Positions 40,910 through 55,910 of a DNA stretch of 64,000 nucleotides are shown one piece after another; positions within the stretch are counted from its first letter, which is position 1; each line of letters opens with the position of its first letter. Source of the DNA: Octopus sinensis (taxonomy: Eukaryota). The notes under the pieces were generated by a model. It did not search any database. It was not told the origin of the DNA and saw nothing but the letters and a program-made list of their open reading frames with translations. The DNA lies in contig NC_043010.1 of assembly GCF_006345805.1 (NCBI RefSeq), forward strand, positions 64,232,001 through 64,296,000, given 5' to 3'. The translations under genes and the position numbers were made by a program.

Positions 40910-43900
40910 GTGAGTATGAAACAACTGATTATACCATTGGAATTATGAAGTAATTTCAAAGTGAATATATTTAGTTCAAATCACTTATGGACGAATTTTA
41001 TGTTAGGACTTCACCTGACGGAATTTATCTGGCCTTCTGTGATTGGCCTAGTGTAATTCTTTTCCTCATTTGACTGAAAATTACCCCGTCAACCTACTCT
41101 CTTGAGGATTTTCTTTTCAAGTATATTTTTTGTTTCGCTTTGTAATTTGTCCTTGCGAAATCGACTCTTTTGTTGTTCCTGTAATAATAAAAGACATTAT
41201 TTGACTCAGGTTCGTTCTTATTCTTGCTAGAATTTATGTGGGTAATGGGTTACTACCAGTAACTTTATATATCCTCAAGCTTTCGTTAATCTTTCAAGTG
41301 CTGAAACCCTTCTGATAATCTTTCCTGTCCCTAAGAGGCAAACTCTCTGTGGAAGCTCTTCAGGACATTCTATTCCAATCTCTCCAACCATTCATCTATA
41401 TCCTTACTCCCAGATCCTAATGCACCAATTATTGCAGACACAACCTGTACATATTTCATGCTCCAAATTCTTGCAATTTCAAATTTTAAAGGATTGGATT
41501 TTAAAATGTTTTTCTTCTTTCTTAACAATCCTGGAATCGAACGGACACGATGGATCAATTAGTAAGCAACTTTGCCTTTCCTTGTCTATTATTGTTATAT
41601 CTGGTTTATTATTTCCTAGCTTCTTATCTGTTTGAATGGGAAAATCCCATAAAATCTTGCTTTCTCCGACTCAAGCACCCTCTCAACCCAATGGTGATAC
41701 CAAGTACTTTGAGCTTCAAATCCCCATTTCTGATGAAGCGCCCAGTGAAAAACTTGCAATACTTGGTCATGTCTCCATTTCGTATATTCTGTATGAGCCA
41801 ACCTGGGATATTCTGCAACAATGTGCACCATTGTTTTATCTCAAATACCTCACACTTTACATTTTGCTGACACCTCCCCATACACATATTTTTTCAAATT
41901 ATTTGTTTTTATTGCTTTATCTTCAGCTGCTTTAACAAGGCACTCTGTTTCTTTTTTTTAAATGCCCTTTTGTTTTTAATGAAGCCCAGATTTTTGTTTC
42001 ACGTACATCTTCAGTGGCTTTCAAATACTGACCATGCAGAGGTTTCTTTTCAATCTTTTTATAATGCTCTCTTTGAATATCATTTTCGTCTTTTCCTCCT
42101 ATTTCCACATTTGACCACCTGCTCTCTATTCACTGCCTTTAGTATTTTCTGTGTGTTGTTCTATAGTAGCCTACTATATTTTAACAGGCTTTGTCTGTGT
42201 TCTTTCAAGACCATACTTCTCATGCAATCTCTAGTGAACAAACTTAGCCCTGTTATCGTGCCTCCTTTTGTATTCTTTTTGGATTAGTTTGCTAAATTCA
42301 CTCACAATATGTGAGATTATTTCGTTTTTTTGATGCCATAAACCCACAAAGGAGCGATTCATTGTTCTTGTCTATTTGGACCTTGGAGTAATTATTTCTC
42401 AGGGTTTGTTCCTGGGTACTACATATCAATGCCTATGTGCATCTCTGCTGTTCCACTGGCAGCTTGTCAGTTATTTTCAGCATGTCATACGCACAGTTAG
42501 TTACATTCCTGACATCAACTTCCAAATCAGTAGTAAGCAGGAGAATGGCCGGTAATTTTCCACTGCATTACATTTACTGGAGTCCTTTTTGGTAAAGAGC
42601 TGTTTTCCCTGTGGCAATGCATTTTGGGATTTATACCCTGTTGTTGATCATTTTATCCATTTGCATATCTATTCTTTTGTATAATTCTGGGAAATTTTCC
42701 AGCCATTACCTTTGAACCCCATCCGAGCCAGGACACTTCCAGTTTGAGATCATTGTTGTCTTCTCGGTCACCATTTCAGTTGATATTCGTATACTGCTCT
42801 CTTCCATTTAAATTTTCTCGGATCTTAATTCCTTCAAGCATCTTTCTGATGATTTCTTCCATTATCTCAGATGTTACTCTAAAAACTCCTACTTTCTTCA
42901 GCGTCCAGTTTCTCATTGCTGCTAAAGTGAAAATGTCAAATATAAAAATATAAAACATTGGAATGAACAAGAATGACACTAAAAACTGTACACGAGGGTT
43001 GATGTGGACTCTCAGAGCCTTGACTAGCAACTCACCTAGTGATGGTGTCACAATAAAAATACTGGTGGTTGTACAATCTTACAAATGGTACCTCTAAATG
43101 AGTGATGTCAAAATTAAATAATAACCACAACTGCACTAACAGGATTGGAACTGTAAACGGTAAAGATGTCGCGCTCGGCAGGCAGGGAGTATCTGGTCAA
43201 GTTCTGGCAGATTGTCATCAAGCTATTGGTCAGGACCAAAGTCGCAGTCAAAAGTGCAAAATAAAAAGAATGAAATGGGGGAAAAGAAGTAAACTAAATA
43301 GTAATCGAATACTGGCTGAGAAGTGAGCCAAATAAAAGAGGCTTCATGAATCAAATAAAGAGAATATTTGGATGAAGAAAGGAGGCTTTGAAGTATCCGC
43401 CCTGTGACTGATAGACTAAACAAGAGTAATGTGTGGGGACGACTGGGTTATGGCAGTAGAGATTGAAGAAATTCAGATAAACATAATAATAAATTAGCAG
43501 AAGGAGAGTGAAACAACGGTAGCAGAGAGCGGTAATGAAAGGGTAAAACAGGAAGAATATGAAACGGATGGAAGAATTGACACAAAAAAAACAGCCAAAT
43601 TAATAAAAAAAATGATGATAAATGCAAAGGTTTCGAATAGCATAGACTGTTCCAATAAAATAGAAGGCATCTATATGAGGAAACAGAGGGACGCCAAAAC
43701 TAAGAACTGATTTGAGATGCGGAAGAAAGTAAAGAATTTGGAGGAAGACTGTAGAAGAAGCCGGCGAGATATAAAGAAAGCGCAAGTGGCTAACAAAACT
43801 AGAAAGGGTGTTTTGTTCAACATCCTTAAACAACCTTTATTCAGAGACCTTTTGAGCTGGATGGGTTACTCGACCAGTAGAAAATTCTAACTGTGCCCCA

Positions 43901-44072
43901 CCTGCAAGGTCATGCGCTGTTTATCTTGATATGAGATCACCATGTTGCGCACATATAGTTGTGATGCATGTGCCTGGTGTACCCTTATCAGACGGGTAGT
44001 CATGATGGGTATACTGGGCTTCGTATATTTTACCCCAGTGTCACTTTGATGGCATGCACTGCTCTCTCACTC

Positions 44073-44153
<81 letters not shown>

Positions 44154-47048
44154 GTCAAAACTCATGTAGGACCAGAGAAAATATTAACAATAGTAAAAAA
44201 AAGGATAATAATAATATTAGTGATGATGATGATAATAATAATAGTAATAATAATAATAATAATAATAAATGCCCTGATGCAGTACCAGGCAGCTGCTCTC
44301 ATGGCTTCTGATCTTAACTGATTGGAAGTGTTATCATGTACATTGTTTTGTCTTGGTATAAAAGATGGGCTACAGCAAATATTCTGCTCAATACCACAGA
44401 TTTGCTTGTCAGTTGTTTGACCTTAACCAGTTGAGCATGTCCCTTAGTGGCTGACGATATGTGCATCTCTGATCACGAGCAGAAGTAGTGGGGGAGCATC
44501 ATAGCCATGTGTTGAGAGGGATTCTTTGGGGTTTGAATAATTCACCTCTGGAAACATGGGTGGTTCTTTCAACATCCTTAAACAACCCTTATTCAGGGAC
44601 CTTTTGAGCGGGATGGGCTACTCAACCTGAAGAAAATTCTAACTGTGCCCCACAAGGTCATGTGCTGTTTATCTTGATATGAGATCACCATGTCGTGCAC
44701 ATATGGTTGTGATGCATGTGCCTGGTGTACCCTTATCAGACGGATAGTCATGATGGGTATATTGGGCTTCGAATATTTTATCCCAGTGTCACTTTGATGG
44801 CATGCACTGCTCTCTCACTCAATAATAATAATAATGAAAATTTGACAGGAAAATCCGCAAGCTACTGACTTGTAATAAGATGCACCATCCAAAGGCCGAC
44901 GTGGATCGCCTTTACCTTCCCAGAGCTCAGGGAGGTCGAGGTTTGATCCAGCTTGAACTTACATACAAAACCACCACAATCGGACTGTCCAAATACCTTG
45001 ATGTAACCAACGATTGGATGCTAAAACTTGTTGAAAAACATGAAAGGCCTAAAAAACTTCACTCTATTCTCAAAAAGAGCAAAAAATTTGCTGCTGATCT
45101 CTTAGATACCCACCAGATTGAGCAGGGTGAAGGAAATGCGCCAACTACAGCTGCAGCAAAGACAAAAGCACATGAAAATGCTAGCCACCAGAAACACAAG
45201 CTGCACCAATGGTTACGAAGTTCAGGGCTAAAAGCAGAGAGTGATGGTTTCATATTAGCTGCTGAAGACCAAAGCTTATTTACCCGGAACTACCAAGCCA
45301 ATGTGATGAAAAATGGAGCTGACCCAAAATGCCGATTCTGTAACGATGAGATTGAAACAATAGACCACCTAATCTCAGGGTGTAGAGTCTTAGCACCTGC
45401 AGAATATAAAGCAAGACATGACAGAGTCGGCCAGTATTTACACTGGACAATATGTTGGCATTATAAAATCAAAACCGCTGACAAATGGTATAAACATCAT
45501 CCTGAAGCTGTGACTGAGGGAGAAAATGTGTCGATTCTATGGGTCTTTCCCATGCAGACCGACACAACTATAAAGGAATAAATGGAGAATGTACAGATGA
45601 AAAGTTGATACCAGATAACAATGAAAGTCAAAGATGTTCGAGTGACATCTGGAGCAAAGATAAGGAGCACGAAAAGGATGCTGAATGGTTATGGTTGCAA
45701 GAACTGAAACAAACAGTAGTCTGTCCAAAACAGACAGGACTAGTCATTTCAGTTCGGAAAGTGAAGGAAATAAGCAAAAAAAAAAAAAAGAAAAAAAAAA
45801 AGACCAACTGGAAGGTCCCGGGATCAGATGGAGTTCAAGGCTACTGGATCAAATGATTTGGTGAATGTCATGCACGAATAGCTGCACAAATCAACACCTT
45901 GTTAAATGCCGACCAAGTAACACCAGAGTGGTTGACATTGGGGAGGACAGTGCTGTGCTTAAAAAACATCGAAAAAGGCAATACGGTACACAACTACAGG
46001 CCGATATCTTGTTTGCCACATGCGTGGAAATTATTAACTGGAATACTCGCAGAGTCAATGTACGAACATCTGGAAAAAAATTTGGAGTTCTGCCACATGA
46101 GCGGAAGGGTTTCAAGCGTAAGTGCAGAGGTTACAAGGATCAACTCCTGAGAGACAAAACTGTTCTTAGAGACTGTAAGAGGAGGAAAAGTAACTTAGCC
46201 ATGTCATGGACCGACTATCGTAAGGCGTACAATATGATCCTACATTCTTGGATTATGGAATGTATGAACCTATTTGGTATTGCATCGAATGTTGAGCGAT
46301 TCCTTGGAAAAAGTATGGTGAATTGGAGGACGGACCTGGCAGCATACGAAAGAAGTTTAGGGAAAGTAGAAATCAGAAAGGCATCTTCCAAGAGGACTGC
46401 CTGTCTCCATCGATCTTTGTACTGTGCTTGATTTCACTAACACTGATTCTCAGGAAAGCAAAAGCTGGGTATGTATTCAAAAGCCAGCAACAAATAGTCA
46501 ACCACTTGTTATTCATGGATGACCTCAAACTTTATGGTAAAGATGAAGCCCAAGTCAGTTCCCTCGTTGATACGATGTACTAGCAAGTTGAGCGATTGCT
46601 GAGAGATTTGGCTTTCTTATTTGTTTGTATATCATTGCTTTTGTTGTTGCTGATGATGTTATTTGCATTTGGGTAAACTCAGATCGAGAAGGCAGTCCCA
46701 TGTTATTCAACCACTATTACTGCTGTTGTTTATATTCTAATGAATTCTGACTGATTAGAAAGATCTACGGTTATAGATATTCCACCCGTGGCCATCTTAA
46801 GAGATATTTAGGTCTCCATTGTTTAATGTTTCTTGTTTGTAGTCTAACAGGGTATTGTTTGAGGAAGATTTGGTCGCTGTTACTAGCAGATCAATCGAAA
46901 ATATTGAGGCGCCGTAGTTGGTTAAACGATTTCCTATTATGGTTGTCTTGGTCATCAGTCATTGATTGATTTTTTTCCATCTTTTCATTTATGAAACGAG
47001 TTCTTTACCGTTTTACGCAATATAAGGTATAATACGTTTGTTTCACAG

Positions 47049-47183
47049 TCTGCGCGAGAGGCGAGTATGGACAATATTGCACCAAAACATGTAGATGTTC
47101 TGGTTCTGACACCTGCAACCCGATTCATGGCGCATGTCCTAGAGGCTGTGCATCTGGATACAGGGGTTACGACTGTCAGCAAC
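47049..47183 (+). CDS. EGF-like exon C2
   Basis: tttcacag acceptor, C|gtaagt donor, 135 nt. (F)CARGEYGQYCTKTCRCSGSDTCNPIHGACPRGCASGYRGYDCQQ. Confidence 0.9.
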
Positions 47184-50100
47184 GTAAGTATATGTCTATA
47201 CTAATAATCAAACTATTTCCCCCAACTCACACACATGATCTGTTCTTAACTTTAATTAAGTGGGATACAAGTGCATAAACACATTAAAAAATTTTTTTCT
47301 GTTTGATATTGAGATGTCTTACTTAAAATTTTGATTGTTATAATCTTACTTTAACAATGTCTATGTCTCCTAAATACATGTATTGTATATATACATGTAT
47401 TGTATATACATGTATTGATTAATTCAAGTTGTTGTACTCTCTACAAGAGCATAAGTATAGAAATATTTATTTTGCTAAGTATTGAGTTATGTTGAACTAG
47501 CACTATGACCCGGCGTTGCCGGGTCATAGTGCTAGTGCATGCATATACAGCTGCGTGCATGCACACATACACGCGAGTACTGTCCAAATCTCTGACCAAT
47601 CACATACAGCTAACTGGCATTCAATTGGCGTATCAAGTTTCGGGCATTTTGATTGGGTTTTGGAAAGAAAATTCACAAAAAAGTCACTTCTATTGATTTT
47701 TAATGGCTTTTTGGGTGACTGGGGAAATGTAAAGATGTGCTCGACTACCCTTGGACGGTTTTGAATGATCATAGAAAGTGCGAGCCCTCTAACTGAAAAA
47801 TTGTGGATTTGTATAAAGGACACGCACGCAGACATTTTGCCGTTTATATATATAGAGATTATTAATGAAAACTGAGGGAAGTAAATGTGAACAACAGACA
47901 TGTTTAACATCCTAGAATTTGTGGAAGTACATAAATATTTTAATGATGATAAAGATGATCATGTTGTTGTTGTTGTTGTTGTTGTTCTTTTTTCTCCTCC
48001 TCCTCCTCCTCCTCTCCTCCTTCTTCTTCTTCTTCTTCTTCTTTACGTTCAAATTACTCAGAAGTCAACTTTGCCTTTTATCCTTTCAGGGTCGATAAAG
48101 TAAGTAGTCGTTGAGTACTGAGGTCGATGAAATCAACTCATCACCGACCCCAAACTTGCTGCCCTTGTTGCAAAATCATCATCATCGTCGTCGTCGTCGT
48201 CATTGTCATCATCATCATTATCATTATTATTATTATTATTATTGTGGCGAGCTGGTAGAATCATTCGTATGCCAAGTAAAATAGTAAGCAGTATTTTCGT
48301 TCGACCTTATGTTCTGAGTTCAAATTCCATCGAAGTCGATTTGCCATTTCATCATTTCGTGGTCAATAAATTAAGTATCAGTTGAACACTGGGGTCGATG
48401 TAATCTATTTACTCCCTTCCCCGATCTTGCTGGCCTTGTGCCTAAATAATATTATCATTATAGCAAATGCATATATTGCCTCGGTGGTGTACTATCGCCT
48501 AACTGTCGTACCTGTCCTAAGACAACCTAGACCAGATTGAAGCGCTTACTTTTTTGATTGTTATGGTCAGAAAAACCAATTGATGCCGGCATTCACACTG
48601 TGGTGGTCTTGGGATGACATCTTTGAGGATGAGGTGCCAAGTCTTAAAGCTGTATCACCTACAGAGATGTGTAAATCACAGCGATGATGTGAACGACGGC
48701 AGGGAAAATAAGAACGAGCTTTTCTGCAGCATTTCTTGTTGACAGAACTCTAGTCGTGGATCAAACGAAGACCAAAGTTGAGTATTTGGCATCTAGAATA
48801 TTGCCAGGAACTCATTGAATTGCATTAGCTGCACAAAACTGTTAACGGGAAAACACCTCAAGATTTCTGGGGCATGGGGCTAGTTGAGGGTGTGAGCGAT
48901 GATGGTTTAGGATTGAATCTAGGCCTTGACAGAAGATCTTCGGGTCGAAGATCATGGACACTTTCTAAAAGTCTTTGGTATAGCAGTACTACAGTGAGAC
49001 ATTGCCTGTTAGAGAATAACTCTTCAGGCATGGAAGATCCAACAGCCGAGCCTGCTTGAGGTGCATGCAGGGGGACGAAACCGTCTTGCATGGAATAGTT
49101 CAGTGTCCGTACATTAGAGAAAGAAATAATATCCGACATTCAGCACATCTCGAGAGCCAAGCAATTTGCGGGTATTTGATTGCTCTTCAAGATTGAAGTT
49201 CTGGTCGTCAAATACTCTGTGGCTCCCTGTCGGAGCGAAAAACATCTTCTCTATCCATCGTATTAGGAAGGAGGACTGTGAGAGTGAAGATCTCAAGAAT
49301 TCCACCTGAGTTAAATTTATGGTGGATTTTAGCGTGCGTCGTATTATGACGGCATAACAACCGCCTGGAGGTGAAGCGAACCCGTCATGGAAATTGGTCT
49401 GGGATTAGTGTGAAGGTACTACTCAACGTTAAACCAGACACAATCCACAAGATCCCAGATCTCTTTGGTATTCTTGGAGAAGAAGTGCTGCATCTTACAG
49501 TTGATGTTAGAAGGCCATGGCACCACCTACGTGGAGGTTGGGGGGGTTGGCCACTTGAAACCTTTCTCTTCTAAACAGAAGATAGGGAACAATAGGGCCT
49601 ACTTATTGTCAATACCAGGTCCCCATAGGCCACAAGTCAGCTATCAGCGAACAACAATAAAGGCTGCAACAACTCTGGAAAACAATCATCAACAAGAACA
49701 ACAATAAAGGCTGCAACAACTCTGGAAACAACAGCATCATCAACAAAAAATCAGCAAATGCTGGAAGAAACCAAGGAATACAACAACATCAACAATACCA
49801 ATAACGTGAGTAACAGATGCACCACCACCACCACCCTCAGCAGAAAGAATAATTATAACGTACACCCGACACTCAGGGTGTCCCTTTCAACGAAGCCCGG
49901 CCTCTCCTGTCCCCACTCCATTTCCTTTAAGGTCAAATACATACAGACTTGCACTCTGATTCTACAGATACTGATACCTCTGCAACACAAAGTGAAAACG
50001 AGGGAGAAACCCCACCTGAAAAAGAAATATAGAAAGCATAAAGTATCATTCCCCTCGCCAACGCATGCCAAAATCCTCGAAACTATACTCACAACATCCA

Positions 50101-50497
50101 CAAACACACCTACAGCAACGCCAACCTCTCTTGTACTACGATTACCAACACATCCAATGCTATTACAACCATCTCCACCAATACTAGCACCACTGCAACA
50201 ATTCACAAAAAGAAAACACCCCAAGCAATAAAAACCAATCACAAACACAAAACTTAGTGCTAGTGAGGAGGGTTCTCACAGCATGAAGAAAAGAAATATA
50301 TATATATATCCATTTATATATATATATATATATGTTTTTTTTCTCCTTGTTTTTTCTGTGTCCCTTTCTGTAGAAGAGCGTAGGCTCGAAATGTAAAAGA
50401 TTTTTTCTATTCCTGAGCGTTATACTAATACATCTGTTTGTTTTGTACACCACCTGTCTTCGTCTTTTGTTTTTTTCGTAAACTCTCCCTATATATC

Positions 50498-50545
<48 letters not shown>

Positions 50546-52423
50546 GAGAGAGAGAGAGAGAGAGAGGGAGAGGGTAAGATCGTCGGCGCCACCACCATTC
50601 TAGTGACAGAAACATTAATGATAGTGCGTATGACTGTGGAAACATTTAAAAACATTAGGGAACTCCTAATGTAAACTCTACGGATTGGCAACTCCTCATG
50701 TAAAAGCCATGAGTAGGCCTTTAACGGGGATCCCAAAGGAACCCTAAGATATGGAAGTTGAACCACCTGACTTTCAGTGGTACTTGGTGAGTATGTAGGC
50801 CTAAGTTTTTCTTCAAACTCTTTCCGATCATCATGGTGGGCTTAAGAGTGAGTTGTACAAACGTTCATGACTTGTGGTCGCCCTGGAAGCAAGGTCATCT
50901 GTTCAACCACCTCAGGTTACTAAGTACGGATGTGAAGGCCGTCAGTGAAACCAGGACTTCTGACGCAGCGATCTAACACCTATTCTTGACAATTTTAAGA
51001 TTTACGCATCTTTTGGCTTGGAATGGGAAAAGGAGCGGCAGTGCTGTTTAGCAAAGGCCTGCATTTCGAGGTACGGCAGATCCTCCTGGGCCCGGATGGT
51101 AAGTTGATGGCCCTAGATGTAAGCAATAGCGAAGGTAGTGTTTTTAGATTAGTCGCTCTGTACATCCCAACTGTTTCACTAATGGTAACCACATCTAAAT
51201 CAAGAAACCTGAGACCGTTGAGTAAGTGTCCTTGCTTCTAAGCTGATCCCAAGCCACGCACATTCACGCCCCAACTCTCATCATAGTCGTGCTAGTTGGA
51301 GAAAGAAAAAGAGGTTGCTCTCCTTGATTTTCAAGAATCCCGGAAGTTTCGGGCCTCTCTATTGGCAAATGTTTTTTAAAAGGCCCCCGAAAAGCCTTTT
51401 GTCAATTGATTTTCTTAAATCCCACACTAATTAGGAATTTTTCGCTGAGTGTTTTTAAAAGTCTGAGGACATTTTAACTAATAATCTGTCCTTCGGAGTT
51501 TGAAGATGAAATCCTTAAATTCCTTTCCCTGTGTCGTAGTTTTGATTTTCTTTTCATTTACACAATCCATCAATTCACTGTTGCATTTGTTCACAAAGTG
51601 AAATTGATGAATACATTTCACCTAAAATTGAAAGTATTTTCTTGTTTTTGCAGTTTCATTATTGGCTGTTTCTATGTTTTCAAGTTATTGTTGAAGATGC
51701 TCCTGTTTTTGTAAAAGTTGTCGTTGTTATTTTTGTTGGAGTGGTTGCGAATTGGGTTGCAGTAGTGGTGTTTGACTTTCGTCTTGCTGTGTTCTTGAGC
51801 AAGTGTAAGTACTTTCCTCCCCTTTCGTCTCTTCTTTTTTTTTGTGTTAATGATACATTATTCGGTCTGCTCTTCTCTCTCCATATCATTGCTGTTGATG
51901 TTGGTTTGGGAGGCAGGACGTCCAGGTGAAGCTTGATTTCCGTGGTAGCCGGGAGTAGACTTCTTTGTATTGGTGTGGGCGAAGGAATCTTGAGCATGTC
52001 TCCATGATTTTGTGTTTGTGGTGTTGGTAGAGGTGGGAGTTTTGTTTTCCTTGCTTGAGGGCAGAAAGCCTTTAAATGAGTCATATATATGGCATCTTGG
52101 TTTTCTACCCTCCATTAACACTGACAGGTGAGTACCATCCGGGAGGCCCATTAGGTTAGGTAGCTCGTCGATATAGGTTTGCATACATTGTAATGTTAGT
52201 TTCATACCTATACATGACCAGTTTTGTTGAGGTATTTTCTTTACCTCCAAGATAGTCACGTTGTCTTCCTCTATACTTGCTAAGACGGCGGCTACTAACC
52301 ATCTGGCGATGGATATTTCTGGCGATATTTCACGTTCATCACCACAACTTTAGCAAGGTGTTAGCTGCAATAGCTTCAATCGTCCCAAATTTCTCTCCTC
52401 GGATGATGTGGGTCTTCTGTTGT

Positions 52424-54394
52424 TAGTTAGTTAGTTAGTTAGTTAATTTGGCTCAAAAGCAAATAGCAAGGCCATGTAGGGGGACATGGAGATAAGTACA
52501 GGGTGGTGTTCATGTAAAGAGTTCAGGCCACTTGAGGTCCAGGGAGGCTTTGAACAAAGCGGTCGTCAGCATCTTCACCATCTCGTCTGGCAGCTTGTTC
52601 CACGGATCCGCAACCCGGACGGAGAGAGCTCCTCTCCTTTTATTGAGATGAAATCGTCGCAGGTAGAGCTTTTCAGAATGACCCCGCAGCCGACGCTCCG
52701 GAGCAGGAGTGAAGAACAGCTCTTTCGAGAGGTTACACTTCCCGCTTATGATGTTGTGGGCGAGAATGAGATCACCATGGCGGCGGCGTCTTTCAAGAGA
52801 ATAAAGGTCGAGCGTCCTCAGCCTTTCTTCGTAGGACAAATTTTTGAGACCATGAACCATGCGGGTAGCCAGCCTCTGGACTCTTTCGAGGTGCTGATGT
52901 CTTTGAGGAGATAGATAAGGAGAAGAGGCTTGAATCCCATACTCCAATATGGGTCTCACCAGCGTGACATAGAGTGGCAGGAATATGGCTGCTGTGAGCA
53001 TCCGAATGACCGTCGAATCAAAAGCAGAATTCCGCGCGCTTTGTTGCAGCATGGACGCACGGGCCGAAGGCGAAGAAGGAAAAGGAGGAATCCACCAAGA
53101 TACCCAGGTCCTTTACCTGATCGGTCCTCTCCAGCAGCAGACGACCCGGCTCGAAATCAAGTTGAGTTGCAGGAGAAGAGAGACGACAGGCAGATGACAG
53201 CACTTTGACACGTTCAGACACAGGTCCAATCGTTTAGACCACTTCCACATTTGGTGGAGGCATCGACGAAGATCCTCTATACTACTGCGAGGAGCGACCA
53301 GTTTGATATCGTCGGCAAATAGAAGGGTGTGTTGCGTGAGGTCGTCGGGCAAGTCATTTATGAAGACTAAGAACAACAAGGGCCCAAGCACTGAACCTTG
53401 AGGCACGCCACTGCTCGCACTGGAGACGTCGGAACGCGAACCATTAACTTGAACTTGGAAGGAACGATCTGAGAGGAAGCACCAACCCATCGTACAATAT
53501 CCGGATGGAAAACTATATGCTTGAAGCTTGACAAGTAGTAGGCGGTGGTTTACCGAGTCAAAAGCTTTGGCAAAGTCCAAAAAACGATGTCAACAGCATC
53601 ACTATCATCGAGGATGCGCATACCAATTCTTCCATTACTAGTAAGTTGGTCAAGCACACGAGCTGTGTTGGGAATCAGTGATCGAGGCTGTGTTTAGGAG
53701 GTGGAAGAGCATCATACTTTTCTTAAGGATGGTTTCGAACATTTTGCTGATTATTGATGTAAGGGAAACGGTCGGTGGTTTAGGATTTTAAGCGGTTCTC
53801 GCGGCTCCTTCTTGAAAATTGGGCAAATTATCGCTGTTCTCCAGTCTGCAGGTATAACACCCGTCCCAAGACATATTGAATAGTTGTGTTAAGGGCTCGC
53901 AGATGACCGGAGCCAACGCTTTGATAACCCGTGGGTGTATGCCGTCAGGGACGTGACCCTTGTTGACATCGAGGCCTTGAATAACACGTTTGATTGGTCC
54001 CGCGTGATGATCAATCGAAGCATTGGAGGGTACCGATCTATCAATGGAGGGGGTTCATGACCATCATATTGTTTGAAAATAGTAGAAAAAGCTCGGCAAA
54101 TAATTGACTGTTGTGTGATAAGGGTCCTCAATCGATACGCCTGTGAGTCTCAACGTTGCAATCTGGTTGTTCAAGCGGGAATTCGCTGGACATGGGCAAA
54201 GAAGGTTTTTGGATTGCTACTGGCATTTGCCGCGATTTTGTATTCATAACTGAAGCATTCTTTCTTTCAATTTTCACGCTCAGTCTCGTTGAGTTGTGTA
54301 CACCTCAAAAGCTGCAGTCGAATCCAGATTTTTGAATTCAGCCCAAGCAATATCTCTGAGTCGACGTTCTCGTTTAACCTTCTTGTCACGGGAA
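52424..54394 (-). mobile_element. 5'-truncated CR1-clade LINE with (TAAC)n tail, present in copy 2 but not copy 1
   Basis: DFAKAFDSV, GVPQGSVLGPLLFLVFINDLP, LFADDIKL, LYVTLVRPILEYG, LERVQRLATRMV; (gtta)n at 52422-52444. Empty site at about 36520 in copy 1. Confidence 0.93.
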
Positions 54395-55873
54395 ATTCAA
54401 AGCATTTCTGGATTTGGCTTTCAGAAACATTTTTATTCGGAGCGATTTTACTCCAATGCAGCAGATGTAACCAAGTATCTTAAGAGGTTCCGATCACGTC
54501 GAGTGGAGAGGTTTGGGCAACTTTTCTTCCATTTCTTGAAACGTTTTTTGGGCCAATTTCAATTCTTTTTCGTCGATGGGGAAATCTTCAAGATTTCTCG
54601 TAGCATTTACAAAAAAAAAAAAAAATAAAATAAAAAAAATCCCAATTCCAGGATCCCTTGCTGCTTTAGTGGCTGCAGCGGAGACTGTTGTGGCGTCTAT
54701 GGCGGTAGTGATGTTCACGTTTCCTTTAATATTTTCTTAGTTTAACTTTCACTTTGTTATTATCGGTATTGCTGTTGACGTCGTTGTTGTCGTCATCGTT
54801 GCCGTCGTCTTCGTATATTTTCTTTAATTGCTACTTCACTGTTTCAGCATTGTTTAGAGACGAAAATGTATTCAACTCGGTTTTCTTTTTCGCTGGCACG
54901 GTGGTCACATACTGTAGTCAATGGTATGCAAGTATTCTCTTTTTCTCCGAAAGGAACGCATCCCGTCGTCGCACATAAATGACTTCTTTATCGGCCATGT
55001 TTCAATATATATGGAAAATAAGAAAATATTTGCCTTCTCCATTAGTTGCCGAAAAAAAAAAAATTGATGCGCACTCTCACGCCAAAACAGAATGCATTTC
55101 TAAGCAAAAATACTATTAGCGCACAGGCAATGTCAGAAACAATCGGTGGTGAAAAAAAAAAAACGAAACTAACGAAAGAGAGCCGCCTTTGAATTCCGAA
55201 AAAATTATGAACACTACTACAACCTGAGCTTCGGAGTTACCGTGTCTCCCTAGTAGGGCGCACAGCATTGTTTAGAGACGAAAATGTATTCAACTCGGTT
55301 TTCTTTTTCGCTGGCACGGTGGTCACATACTGTAGTCAATGGTATGCAAGTATTCTCTTTTTTCTCCGACAAGGAACGCATCCCGTCGTCGAACATTATA
55401 ATGACTTCTTTATCGGCCATGTTTCAATATATATGGAAAATAAGAAAATATTGCCTTCTCCATTAGTTGCCGAAAAAAAAAAAATTGATGCGCATCTCCC
55501 GCAAAACAGAATGCATTTCTAAGCAAAAATACTATTAGCGCAGTCCAGGCAATGTCAGAAACAAGGTGGTGATAAAAAAAAAAACGAAAAAGAACGGTGC
55601 CTTAGAATTCCGAAAAATTATGATGACACTACTACAACTTACTGAGCTTCTGAGCTTCGATTACCGTGTCTCCCTAGTGGCGGCCATAAAAATATATACT
55701 TACTACTTTACTACTACGTTAACATTTTAACATCATGACATACCCCTTGGCTGCCTTTAGAAGAAACCACTCTGTCGCATTCCGGATCGTCTCTGCTCTG
55801 AGGATAAATTACCCCGTATCTTCCACCAGTTTTTGAATTCCTCCTGCTGCTGCTGCTGCTGCTGCTGCTACTG

Positions 55874-55910
<37 letters not shown>

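Larger units (their letters stand above)
37419..55700 (+). repeat. Intragenic tandem duplication unit, copy 2 (exons A2, B2, C2)
   Basis: Start (agaatatatagctgttggaatttat) matches ~17750. End (ccctagt..ggcggccataaaaat) matches ~37390. A2 to A3 spacing is 18,872 nt. Confidence 0.92.

Noticed and set aside
44880-45581. 233-aa ORF as a possible host gene
   Set aside because: R4-like retrotransposon C-terminal fragment fused by a deletion; disrupted in the other copies.
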